Shown: piece by piece, positions 50,823-61,849 of the stretch
Numbering within the stretch: position 1 is the stretch's first letter
How the letters are laid out: every line of letters starts with the position of its first letter
Assembly (NCBI RefSeq): GCF_964204645.1
Contig: NC_134028.1
Span: 18,049,653-18,113,652, forward strand
Reading direction: 5' to 3'
From: Tubulanus polymorphus
Taxonomy: Eukaryota > Animalia > Nemertea
Length of the DNA: 64,000 nt
Position numbers and translations under genes: made by a program
Notes under the pieces: generated by a model
The model's input: only the letters and a program-made list of their open reading frames with translations
The model's database searches: none
What the model was told of the DNA's origin: nothing

Positions 50823-53297
50823 TTTGATGGGTTTCGTCGTCAGACGAACCCATCCATGGCATCGTCGTCATGTCTGTCTGTCTGTCCGTCTGTGGATGTT
50901 TCTTTATGACACGATTTAAGCTGTTTGTGTGGACCGACAATTCTGTAATTTCACACAGGTATTCTCTACTTGATGTAGATGGTGCAGCTTGGTTTATATT
51001 TGATTCCGATGGTTATAAGTGCTCTAATTTGGTTAAAAGATAATTAACGTAACTCGCTATTTCAAGCCGCTGTATAGCGCGTTGCTACGACGACGCTCGA
51101 TCAACATACTGGTACTCGCTGTGTAATACTGAACACGTATATACCTGTAGATATTGATTGTACTAGCACCGGTTTTAGATAGCGCGCGCGCTGATCGGTC
51201 TTAACACTTCTCGGAACTGCTGTGCTAAATGCTGAGAGGCCGAATCTATGCGCAATCATTTATTGGGCTCGTCACATTTGATAGTGAATGGATAAATAAC
51301 CGGTGTCAATGACGGTCGCTACTCCCTATCAGTATAACTCATCAGTATAAGAAATAATTCTTTCGAGTTTTTTTTTTTTCAATCCCCGAAGTTGTTGTTA
51401 CTATGTTGACCTCGCCGTTTTATAAGCTTACCGATGATTCTTCTAGTATTTTCAGGGTCACAAGACATGACGAAGTCGCAAAGTTTTGTACAAATTTCAC
51501 GAAACAAACAATTATTTAGGTGGCACCTGATCTATTGATTAATTATGATAAATAATGTTTATTTCATTAGAAATTTGTTTTATTCAAACACTACTTTCAT
51601 CGCACATAGCGTGATCGGTAGGCCCTACTACTCTACGGTAGGCCATGGACTCTTTCATGTGGTAGGCCTATTACAAATGATACAATCCGCGTGTCCGTGA
51701 ATAAGTGACACGTGGTGGGGCGGGTTGTGAGGAGCATCGAAACTAATCCGTCACAAATAATAGATAGAAAACAATACCTTAAGTGGTTAACTTTTATTAA
51801 CATCATTACCAAATCAAAACCTGCACATCCTATTGATACACCGGTCACAATCCTCTCTTTAATCGTTATCTATAGAATACTTGAGTAAGGCCCTGGCGAG
51901 AGAACGTGTCCGTGCACAAATCCGAATGAATAAATTGAAATACCGGATGATAATATTGAAGATAATATATTTTATTTACCTTGAACAAAGAATGATTTTC
52001 CTAATCCCTATTGTATATGAATCCCTATCCTTCCGAAGCTTCTCTTATCCTGCTGTCGACACTGGTCTTACTAAGGTACCAATTATCTCCTCTCTCTCGA
52101 TAGCGGCCCCCTTTTGTAGGAAGAACCGGCATTCTCAGAATTCCGATTCTCCCACGCAGGGTCTTCCGCTTTTTGGCAAGGAGCAGCTACCCAACTGTCA
52201 TGACCGTTTTTAGTTACGGAAAATTTAGCCCTACTGATTTGCTGATCTAAAGGTTTTTAGAAACTGATTTGCTGATATAAACTTTTTCTTCCAACCCTCC
52301 TGTCATGACGCGTTGTGATTTACTCACTCATTGCTAGTCGTTGTTGAGAGAGCAGCTATTGTCTGTGAATTACCAACGAGCGCATACAGACAACAGAAAC
52401 TTCAGACAGCTAGTTTAAACATTTAACACAAATTAATTTTTCTAAAACATTAGCGATTATTCACAATTTGTTCTTAAACAACATCTAGATTACTCAAATT
52501 AAATATCTTTTCAAAACTTTGTTTTCTTTTCTAATTACAGTACAAATTCATTGTTTCTTTTTTAATTATTATAATTAACTACGATTCGGAATACATTGTG
52601 ATTGATTATCAATTCTTAAATTATTTGAAATACTTATACTAATTATTTTATCTACAATTTAACTAATTCTATTTTAATACAGGATAAGCAAAACAACCAC
52701 ATCTTCCTAAATTTCCGGTTTTTCCTTTTACGGAAAGTAGCCGGGAATATCATCAAGTATCAGCGTGATCCCTTCACGAGCCTCATTATAAATACACTCC
52801 ATTGTTCCGACCAAATACGGTTCCGTCTATTCTTAAGTTTATAAAAAGATTTCTGAATGTTTGCCAGATAACGCAGCAGAAGAACCGAGAAAGAATTATT
52901 TTTACACCAGGCTGATTTATGGTCAGCGCTGATAGATCAAAGCATCAAACAACAACCTGCTTACTACATCTTACTACGTTTGTTGTCTGAAACCATTAAT
53001 AACCACCAACGCATTCAGGAAATCAACATTACAACATTTTTTAGCTACTACGAAATCTTGCTGCGGATCACTATCATAAGTAGAAATTCTAAGAATTTAT
53101 TTCAAAGAATAATAAATTACGTCTAAATATTGGGATTCGAACTCGTAGTATCGATTCAGGTGCCTTTCCCGAAGCGGGTATCCCGCGGGGAAAACCCATT
53201 ACTATTTATATCGAGAATCGCCTTTTTGACAGCGAGTTTGGTGAATGAAACAGAAACAATTACACAGAAACCCATCATGGAAAGTTTCTTTCTGGTT
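50823..53297 (+). mobile_element. HINE family F (~2.5 kb) inserted in the T-run of the Penelope 3' UTR
   Basis: 5' hairpin GATGGGTTTCGTC-GTCA-GACGAACCCATC plus (TCTG)n; 3' subTIR AAACCCATCA. The empty site CCCCTGTTTTTAGTC is preserved in the inverted pLTR (49391-49405). Confidence 0.85.
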
Positions 53298-53309
53298 AGT
53301 CAATATCTC

Positions 53310-53351
53310 ATACCTGACGATGATCTCTAGGGTGAGATCGAAACGTCGTGT
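53310..53351 (+). ncRNA. Minimal type I hammerhead ribozyme (Penelope pLTR)
   Basis: ATAC-CTGACGA-T-GATCTC tagggt GAGATC-GAAAC-GTC-GTGT: catalytic core, 6-bp stem II, palindromic ACGT stem III, GUC cleavage triplet. Confidence 0.75.
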
Positions 53352-53829
53352 CTTATATATATTTGAGATTGAATAAATAAATTCTTGTTTTTAAATTCTT
53401 TTAATCTGTAAATAGTGGGTTTTTTTCTTATTATCCGTTCACCACGTTTGAGTGTGGTTATCGTTCTATATCAATTCCAAATTTGGTATCTGAATTCGTT
53501 TGTTGTCTGAAACCATTAATAACCACCAACGCATTCAGGAAATCAACATTACAACATTTTTTAGCTACTACGAAATCTTGCTGCGGATCACTATCATAAG
53601 TAGAAATTCTAAGAATTTATTTCAAAGAATAATAAATTACGTCTAAATATTGGGATTCGAACTCGTAGTATCGATTCAGGTGCCTTTCCCGAAGCGGGTA
53701 TCCCGCGGGGAAAACCCATTACTATTTATATCGAGAATCGCCTTTTTGACAGCGAGTTTGGTGAATGAAACAGAAACAATTACACAGAAACCCATCATGG
53801 AAAGTTTCTTTCTGGTTAGTCAATATCTC

Positions 53830-53871
53830 ATACCTGACGATGATCTCTAGGGTGAGATCGAAACGTCGTGT
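53830..53871 (+). ncRNA. Minimal type I hammerhead ribozyme, duplicated copy
   Basis: Identical to 53310-53351. Confidence 0.75.
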
Positions 53872-54191
53872 CTTATATATATTTGAGATTGAATAAATAA
53901 ATTCTTGTTTTTAAATTCTTTTAATCTGTAAATAGTGGGTTTTTTTCTTATTATCCGTTCACCACGTTTGAGTGTGGTTATCGTTCTATATCAATTCCAA
54001 ATTTGGTATGAATGTTCCATGGACCACGGCCTATGAAGTTACAAAGCCATTTTTATGCGACCACCAGGTAGGCCCCTCCAGGAGAGTTTCTATTCAAATT
54101 GCTAGAGTCCTACAGTTTTAATCTGATCAATTCTAAATTTGGTATGAATGTTCTATGGACCACGGCCTATGAAGTTACAGAGTAATTTTTT

Positions 54192-57100
54192 GGTTTACCT
54201 TTGTCAGCAGTATGAGGTTGGCATTGAGCCAATTCTTGTAAAATCGCGGTACGTTTTTTTATGTGAGCATTTTTTTCATTGGTTCTCGGGTTAAATGACT
54301 TATAATCGATGCGATTGAAGATATGACGAACCTCCATCTAAAAACGGATACACACCTCAAGAACTTTATCTCAACAGATCAGATACCTATTACGGAGCAT
54401 CTAGAACTTCCACCCCCCGTGGCACCAACCACTACCCGCACAATAAAACCCCTTTGGTGCGATCGTATCTCTTCTACTGAGGTATGATGCGTATTTATTT
54501 TTTATAAATCTAATATATCCAGTATTAGGCAAAAAAATTGATACATTGTTTCTCCGCTCTGCTGAGCTTAAAAGTTAGACCCGGCGGCCGCCCATCTTTT
54601 TTTAAATCGTGATAAATTTTACTATAACAGACAGCTATAAAAATGAACTGATTACAAATTTTATTATATTTTACAAAAATGACCCGACCGCTGCAGAAAA
54701 ACAGGGTATTATTTTTGTTTAGCCTTACCCCGGTAGTTTACATTGAAGCAGTAAATGACCACATAGCCCTACTTTTGCCATGACTGGTGCATTCTTTTCT
54801 TACAGGCATTGCTTTTAGGCTTTATCGCTGAAAATAATTTGCCTCTGTGCATCGCGCCTTAGCTCGTGAACCTGGACAAAAATGCTGACAAATCTGCTGT
54901 CAAAGAAGTTAGTCTTTCTAGGTTCACCGCATCATACAAACTAACGCATGGGAAGGGGCAATACTTCACTGATGAAACAGCTAACCATCTACAACATGGC
55001 CCATTTTCACTGAATATTGACGAATGCACGTCTTTAGTACACAAAAAAGTGTTAGGTGGGTTTTTTTAGAAACAATAAAAATGGTTTAGATCACTTATGC
55101 TTGACGAGAGGTGGAGAGTATATGCCTATATCATGTGAATTTTAATTCTTTATTAGGAGTTCTGGTGAGTTATTTTGACGTCACAGAAGGGCGTTCAGTC
55201 GTGCAGCATTTTGCAGGCATCGAAATGACAACAGTTGACGCAGAATCGATATATCAAGCCTTGGTGAAATTGCTGAATGACCACGATGTTCATCTTAAAA
55301 ATCTAGTTTCCATATTGGCTGATTCGTGTAACGTCATGAATGGGAAGCGAAATTAGGTAGAAGCTAAGATTCGCGAAAAAGCAAAAGATTTATTGGACAT
55401 TGATGGGGATTCATGTCACCACATTCATAATTGTGCGAAGAAACTTTCAGATGTTTTTGAAAATTGGGTCGAAAAATTGTATACAACATTGTTCAATGAT
55501 TTTAAATGGTCACCTGATTTTAAGCAGGACTTAGCCGAGATATGTGATTTGCTAGAAATTCAATACGTTGCCCCTCAGAATTATGTTCCGCACAGATGGC
55601 TCTCAGTGTATGATGTATCCCTTTCATGTCTACCTATGTTTCCTGCCTTGAAAGTGTTTTACTCGGCTTTTTTGCCGACTGAAATGGTTGGGGCATACAA
55701 GCCTGTAATTGATGACCTCCTATCTAACCTGAGTCCGGAGGCTAAAGGTAGAATCAAGGAAATACATGATCGATTGAGAAAAAAACGCAAGTCAATGACA
55801 GATGCTGGAAAGCAAAGGAAAGTTGAGATACTAGAAAGAGTGCTGTACCAGGAGAGTCGAACCATTCGCATCATGAATTTTTACTTGGTAGCTTTCCCTA
55901 TATTGAAATCTTATGTTTGCGTGTTCCAAGGACAGGAGACTCTCGTACACAAACTACATGAAGAACAATTGAAGGTTTTTCGGGAGTTTATTGCCTCGTT
56001 CATCAAGCCAGAAAATATTGTCAATAAATCAGCCAAAAAGCTCCTGGCACTTGATCTCACAGATGTAACCCTGCAGTACAAACTAGCTGATATGTTCGTG
56101 GGTAATGACAATGTTCAAGCTCTGAAACAAGTAGATGCCCAAACGAGAAAAGATTTTTTTGATAAAGTCAAAACTGCCTACATTCAATGTGGAGTATATA
56201 TGCAGATGAAACTACCTATCAATAGTAACGTCTTGAAAGCTCTGTCGCGTGTAGATCCTTCGATTTTATCTCATTCCATCGCCTCAAAAGGGTTGAAAGC
56301 CTTAAAGGATGATCACAATCTTGGTTGGTTTATTAGTGAAGATGATGGGGATTTTTACAGCCAGCTGACGAGGCTCTCAGTCGACCATGACCTCCCTATC
56401 TACGATGGTAAAATTGACCGATGGTGGCACTTGGTAATGAAGACTGGAAAATATCCCGCCGTGTGTGCTGTGGTTCGGGCGTCCCTTAGTATCTTTCATG
56501 GTCCCCCGGTAGAGGCATCGTTTTCTATCATGAATCACTTATTGAACAAGAAGACAAACAGGCTAAACATAAAAACATATTCGGCCTACCAGTCCATAAA
56601 ATATGCTCTCCTTGCCAAAGGTCAAACTGCCTTACAATATTTTGGGCGTAGGGATGTTCGGTTCAGCCCTGTCAACAAACGGCTATGTCAAAAAATTCGG
56701 GGAGCATCTAGGAAACATAAAAACAAGCGTGCTGCGACTGTCCAAGTGAGGAAGGAAATATAGGATAAGTATGCAGTCCGTGCCGTGAAAAGAGTTAGCA
56801 AAAGGAAAGCTGCCACAACTCACGAAACAAATATCCGTACCCAAAAGCTACGCAAAACTGGGTATCTAAATTGAATATTTGGTTTCTTGACATCAGAGCT
56901 CTGTGTCGACCATACTGTCTCATATTATACAGTTCATGAATAACGTTTGTACTAGATGTTTTATTCACAATAAAGTCTTTTTCTCAATTGAATTTGCATT
57001 AGATTGTGTTATTTTTTATGATAGGAATCGGAATGATAGATGGGATGTTTGGGGTTCAAACACATAACTGTACGTTCTGTGACTGTCAGAGACATCTGTC

Positions 57101-57612
57101 ATTTAATGACCGAAAAATGGATCACACAAGGGTCTCACCTTTCTGTGTTGACTTTGGTTTCTGAAAATTGTAAAAATCTAAAATCAGGGGCTCGACCTGT
57201 TGGCCTACTGCTTTAGATCTCATTGAATGTGGATCTGCCACATTGGAAATAGCCATTACCTTTCAAAATATGGTGGTCGCTCAGCAATCGTTCATGGGTT
57301 CAAGATCGCTGTAAGTGCTCGGAAAACGCTTCTAATTTCAAGAATTTCTTGGGGGATATTTTTTTGAAAATATGAAGTAGTTTCCCTGCCGCGCCTGCCT
57401 GCACCCTACGAAATTTTGGACGTAGACCATAAACAAATGTTTATCTTTGGTCTTATTTGACTACAAAATAATTCTTTAAGAAAGATAAAATACAATATAA
57501 TCGTCTAGAACTTTGAAGTCACGATTAAAAAGACTTTTCAAGCAATGCCCTTCCTCCAAACAACCTCTAGCTTTCAAGGTAAATCACACTTTGCCCATGG
57601 TCAATTTATTTT
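54192..57612 (+). mobile_element. Helentron-type element (family G) carrying a hAT transposase fragment
   Basis: 5' subTIR GGTTTACCTT, 3' AAGGTAAATC plus hairpin TTGCCCATGGTCAA and Ts; both ends are shared with 62256-63400; inserted in a T-run of family C. Confidence 0.8.
54340..56873 (+). pseudogene. hAT-superfamily (ZNF862/ZBED-like) transposase pseudogene, spliced and 5'-truncated
   Basis: Exons ~54340-54481, 54806-55055 and 55157-56873 with GT-AG introns; motifs FSLNIDECTS, ILADSCNVM, CHHIH, HRWLS, WW, VEASFS; in-frame TAG stops at 54860, 55354 and 56761; hAT-like right TIR GTTGGCCTACTG at 57199-57210. Confidence 0.85.
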
Positions 57613-58252
57613 AATTCTTCCACCAGGGGGCACCCCTGGGGGTGAATTTTCTATTTCTTCAAATCGCTACTTGTCCTACAGTTTTAATCAGATCAATTCA
57701 AAATTTTGATATGAATGTTCTACGGACCACGTTACAGAGCCATTTTTTGGATTTGTCTCCTAGGGGGGTGCCCCTGGGGTCGGAGTTTCTATTTCTTCAA
57801 ATCGCTACTAGCCCTACAGTTTTAATCAGATCAAGTCCAAATTTGGTATGAATGTTCTCCAGACGAATACCTACAAAGTTCAGAGCCCTTTTTGGATTTG
57901 GCCAAAAGGGGGCACCCTTAGGTATGCAGCTTCTATTTCTTCAAATCACACAGCAGAGCTATATAAGCTGATAGGCTCCTTGTTTGAAATTATTTTATTT
58001 TATTTCGTTTTAATTTCATTATGGACTTTTGCTCTGGCAAAATCCATTTTTGCTATCGCATATGACACTTGCTTCCCTTGGTACAAAATAACTTGTAACT
58101 TGTGAAAGAGGCTTTGTCTCTCTTAGGAATTTTCAAAATATTTAATGCAATAATAAAAACCCTTTTGAATTTTGTCGGAAAGCTTATTTGTTGATCTAGT
58201 TATCTATTTGTTGTTCAAATTTTACTGTCAGTTGGGAAACTTTATGTTTCAG

Positions 58253-58324
58253 ACGAATACACAAACTAAAGTTATCGTAACAGCTGAGGACTCAACAGGA
58301 CATAGATTCTCCAAAACTAATTTA
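58253..58324 (+). CDS. Cadherin gene 2 exon
   Basis: TTTCAG/GTAAGT; TNTQTKVIVTAEDSTGHRFSKTNL; phase 0-0. Confidence 0.88.
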
Positions 58325-58944
58325 GTAAGTATAGAACCAAGGGATGTTGAGCTGTCGATCATCCAGCATTCCACCAAGTGGCCATGGTGTCCTTAAACCC
58401 TTTGTTTAACTGCTTACTTCAAATTGCTTCGATGATTTCGATGTGCAAATATAAAAGATCCAGCTTTCACATGCTATCAATGGTACTGCACAATGTGTGC
58501 TAGCTGGTAGATAAATGTAAGTCAAACGTAGGTCCATTCTTAAAAGAATTGATGTTTTCAAAAAAAATAGTCCAAACGACCAAGGTAACATTGATCAGAC
58601 GGACAAAGCTTGAAAAACCTTTTGACTGTATTTCGTTTTGCGAAATCTACCTATCCATCCCACAAAAGAACTTGCCAATCTTTCATTTTTAGCCTACTAT
58701 TAATCCAAAGAAAATCTGCCTAAGATATCATTCAAAGCCGCTCGCTTGCTTGTTGATGATTGACATTATAAATGAAAAGCAATTGGAGAAATAGAGAAGA
58801 AAAGGAAAAATATGTTTTAATTTGAGTGTCAGATGATGCGTTGTTGGATAAATGTATCGTAACAATTTAAATCTGTGGCAATTAGTTTTATAGGTAATAT
58901 ATAATTTGCATATAGGCCTTTATGATATAATTGTTTTATTGTAG

Positions 58945-59139
58945 ATATCACATGAGTATGAAGCTGTTATATTAGATATCAATGACAATCGCCCATTTTT
59001 TCGTAACGTTCCCTACCGGACAGATGTGGAAGAAAACACACCCATTGGCTCAACAATATACAATCGTATATCAATGAGGGATGACGATCGTGGTCTAAAT
59101 GCAGAAATGGAGCTACTCTGTGTTGGTAATACACCAAAT
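58945..59139 (+). CDS. Cadherin gene 2 exon (EC1-EC2; gene continues beyond the window end)
   Basis: TAG/GTAAGT; ISHEYEAVILDINDNRPFFRNVPYRTDVEENTPIGSTIYNRISMRDDDRGLNAEMELLCVGNTPN. Confidence 0.93.
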
Positions 59140-59746
59140 GTAAGTAGGCCTATTCTCTTAATTTGTTCATTTTAGAGAAATGGTATTTGGTGTCTCCTTT
59201 TTGACGAACTGTAGGTTTGCCTATACCTACAAACGGTGTGGTGCAATCAGTTATTGAAAATGAATTGAGTGCCGATGTGTCAACAAGGCACAAACATTGG
59301 CTACCAATGGTGTTGATTTTTGGCTTCATGGTATGGCTTAATGAGTTTTTGAGGCCAAAAAATTTCATGGCGATCAATATATTTTTAGGGGACTTATTTT
59401 TTGAAAAACCCATAAAAACCCTGCTTTTTAGCACTAAGTAATGGCTCGTCTTTACATATGACAATTTACATACTTGGAATTGAAATGTATAAAAGTTCAA
59501 TCCTTTCTGGAAGTGGTGCCATTTTTTGTGTGAGTACTCTCGATTTACTTTTCGACCTACAGGCCCTCACTTATAAACCCCCTAAATTTTCTCGCTTCTA
59601 TTATTTGAGCTGACCTTGTCCAATGACCTAGTTACAATTCGGGCATAGTCTCTACACGCGAATGTGATTGGCTGTGATTGGATATATGGGAAAATCTGGG
59701 AATTGCAGTGCCTCTGATGTAATTGGGAAGGCCCAATGTGGAAACG

Positions 59747-60102
59747 AAACAAAATGGTGAGGATTTTCTTCGAATAAGGATCGTACGTTCAGAGCTGCCA
59801 ACTGTTCTGATATTCCATAACTGTTCCGGAATATCATGTGAAAATATGGCGTTCGGTTTTTAGGAAAATTGATTCTGAGAGATTTAAGAAAGAACAATAC
59901 AATTTGCCAAAAAACAATTAAGTTTTCCATAACTAATCAAATTTTTGCATTGTTCTCAGGTGAATAAAAATCTGTAACAATTTTCCTAAAAACTGAACGC
60001 CATATTTTCACATGATATTCCAGAACAGTTATGGAATATCAGAACGGTTGGCAGCTCTGAACGTACGATCCTTATTCGAAGAAAATCCTCACCATTTTGT
60101 TT
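59747..60102. repeat. Long inverted repeat (~125-bp arms, 106-bp spacer) containing hAT-type TIRs CAGAGCTGCCAAC
   Basis: 59747-59871 is the reverse complement of 59978-60102 with a few mismatches. Confidence 0.9.
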
Positions 60103-60144
60103 TGTTCTTGTCAACTCAAATTATACTCACACTATGACACTGTA

Positions 60145-60839
60145 CTAAAGTCTATCCCAGTGGTTATGACCACGGCATTTCACTCTCAAAGAGCCAGTAT
60201 CAACAACAATTTAATTGATACTGACAGCTTTAAGTGTTCAAACTCACACTGAGCATCGTTGCTTCGCTGGACCCCAGCTGCTTGTTACTATGGTTACAGG
60301 CAAGAGTGAATAAAGAGCAAAACTTTTCCACACTTAATCCAAGAAAATGAAGTAATAAGCAATGAAAATTCAGGTTTGAAGTCTTGTTGCATTCACGAGT
60401 GAATATTTTCGCTGGATGCTGAAGTCAGTGTTTACATTATGAAGTGTCAAAACCAATTTCCAAGTTGAAAGATTATATTTAGACGGTGTTTCAAGCAAAA
60501 CAATAGCAATCGACTCATGAGATAATTCCAGATTATATATGCTCACACTCTGAAGAGTTTATAGATGTAAAAAATCAATCAGATTGAATTTGCCACATGA
60601 CATGATTATTCCCAAAATTAAACTAAAAATTCAAAAAAGGATTTTGTAAAATTATAAAAATTGGAATTTTATATCCTTTAATGAATGGCCTGTTGATGGT
60701 ATATTTTCCACTCTTGAATGCAGTAGTCGCTTGACCTCATTACTCGTAAGGCTGAGTGATAGAAACCACAGGGATCCCGATATGTTAGTGTAACAACTCT
60801 TTGATGCACCGCGGTCATAACTACAGGGATAGACTATAG
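60145..60839. mobile_element. Degenerate TIR element
   Basis: Imperfect ~30-bp TIR CTAAAGTCTATCCCAGTGGTTATGACCACGG / CCGCGGTCATAACTACAGGGATAGACTATAG. Confidence 0.6.
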
Positions 60840-61105
60840 CATGCCTCTGTAATAAGATGGTAGATGGCGCACTAGTTATGTAACTAAGTGAAGTGGACTT
60901 ATCTCCAATCTATAGGATTATCTCCATCTTCTTCAGTCCACTTCACTTAATTTGTTTTTACTCTGAACTGTTTCGAATTGCTGTGGTTTCTACAGTACCC
61001 TGTGATGTTTTTATTGCTTGTTCTGTTTATCTTTAGTTCTGACAAATTTCTTCTATTTTCGATCCTATGAGTTTATATGCTTTGTTACTTGTTTCTCTGG
61101 TCATT

Positions 61106-61148
61106 CCACCTGATGATAACCTGTTAGTCAACAGCTGAAACGTTGTGG
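61106..61148 (+). ncRNA. Minimal hammerhead-like motif in a solo Penelope pLTR remnant (~60885-61200)
   Basis: CCAC-CTGATGA-T-(stem II CTGTT/AACAG)-GAAAC-GTT-GTGG followed by AATAAA; a 15-bp inverted repeat lies upstream (60885-60899 / 60935-60949). Confidence 0.6.
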
Positions 61149-61849
61149 TTTCGAAATAATAAATTCTATTGTATAATTTTAAATTCGAAGTATGGTATTT
61201 CTTCATTTAGTTGCAGCTCTCTAGTGCGTAATTCTGGGAATCAGAAAACTTTTTATCTGAAAATTGTATCAAACTGAAAATTGATATATCATCTTAACTC
61301 CTTATTGATAACATTGTGTTAAAATTTCATCAAAATTGAACAAAAATCGAATAAATTGAAAATACAGATTTTATGTTCAAATCCATTATTACTGGAGGAA
61401 TTCTTACAAAGAACATCTACACTCAGCAAATTCTAGATAAGAAGATTTCTATGACCAAAATGATATCAAACATATATGAAAAAAGTTGTTTTTAATTTGT
61501 CACAGTGATACTGTGTGATACTGATGTGAGCCAGATGTGTTCCTGTAAACATTATAAACAAACTACCGCTTGCTATTTGCTAGTGGAATGTGGCTTGCAC
61601 TGTAAATCTGAAGTACCAACCGGTGGGTTTTTTCACTGTCATTTAACTCAGCCTTTAAGTGTAAAAGTATCCTAAAGGTTGTATCAAACCAGACATTACA
61701 TGTATTAAACCAGAATTTTATTGTGTCAAAAGAAATTTCTTCCATTCACACAACTAACCTTTACCAACATAAAGATGTCTGTTATAACTGTTCAACAGGT
61801 TCTTTTTATAGATCAATATTCTTTTCATATAGATTTAAAAGAAAAGTTA

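Larger units (their letters stand above)
49265..53467 (+). mobile_element. Penelope-like retroelement, 5'-truncated, with an inverted pseudo-LTR
   Basis: 49265-49543 is an inverted copy of the element 3' end; 13-bp TSD ATATCAATTCCAA (49252-49264 and 53468-53480); the 3' UTR is interrupted by a HINE. Confidence 0.9.
52977..54009 (+). repeat. Apparently identical tandem duplication, period 520 bp
   Basis: 52977-53489 is repeated at 53497-54009 with a 7-bp spacer CTGAATT; the two 66-aa ORFs in the ORF track are identical. Confidence 0.92.
49119..57984 (+). mobile_element. HINE family C copy expanded by nested insertions
   Basis: 5' end at 49119-49264, middle at 53990-54191, remainder at 57613-57984 ending CAGCAGAGCTATATAAGCTGATAGGCTCCTTGTT. 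Confidence 0.75.

Noticed and set aside
51881-52785. Solo LTR with TGAG...CTCA ends inside HINE F
   Set aside because: No matching TSD was found, so the boundaries are unsupported.
55393-56763. Intact or domesticated ZBED/ZNF862-like host gene
   Set aside because: The ORF is bounded by in-frame TAG stops within conserved transposase sequence, is 5'-truncated and is nested in repeats.
61563-61745. 60-aa minus-strand ORF as an exon or small gene
   Set aside because: No recognisable motif, wrong strand for gene 2, and no convincing splice context.
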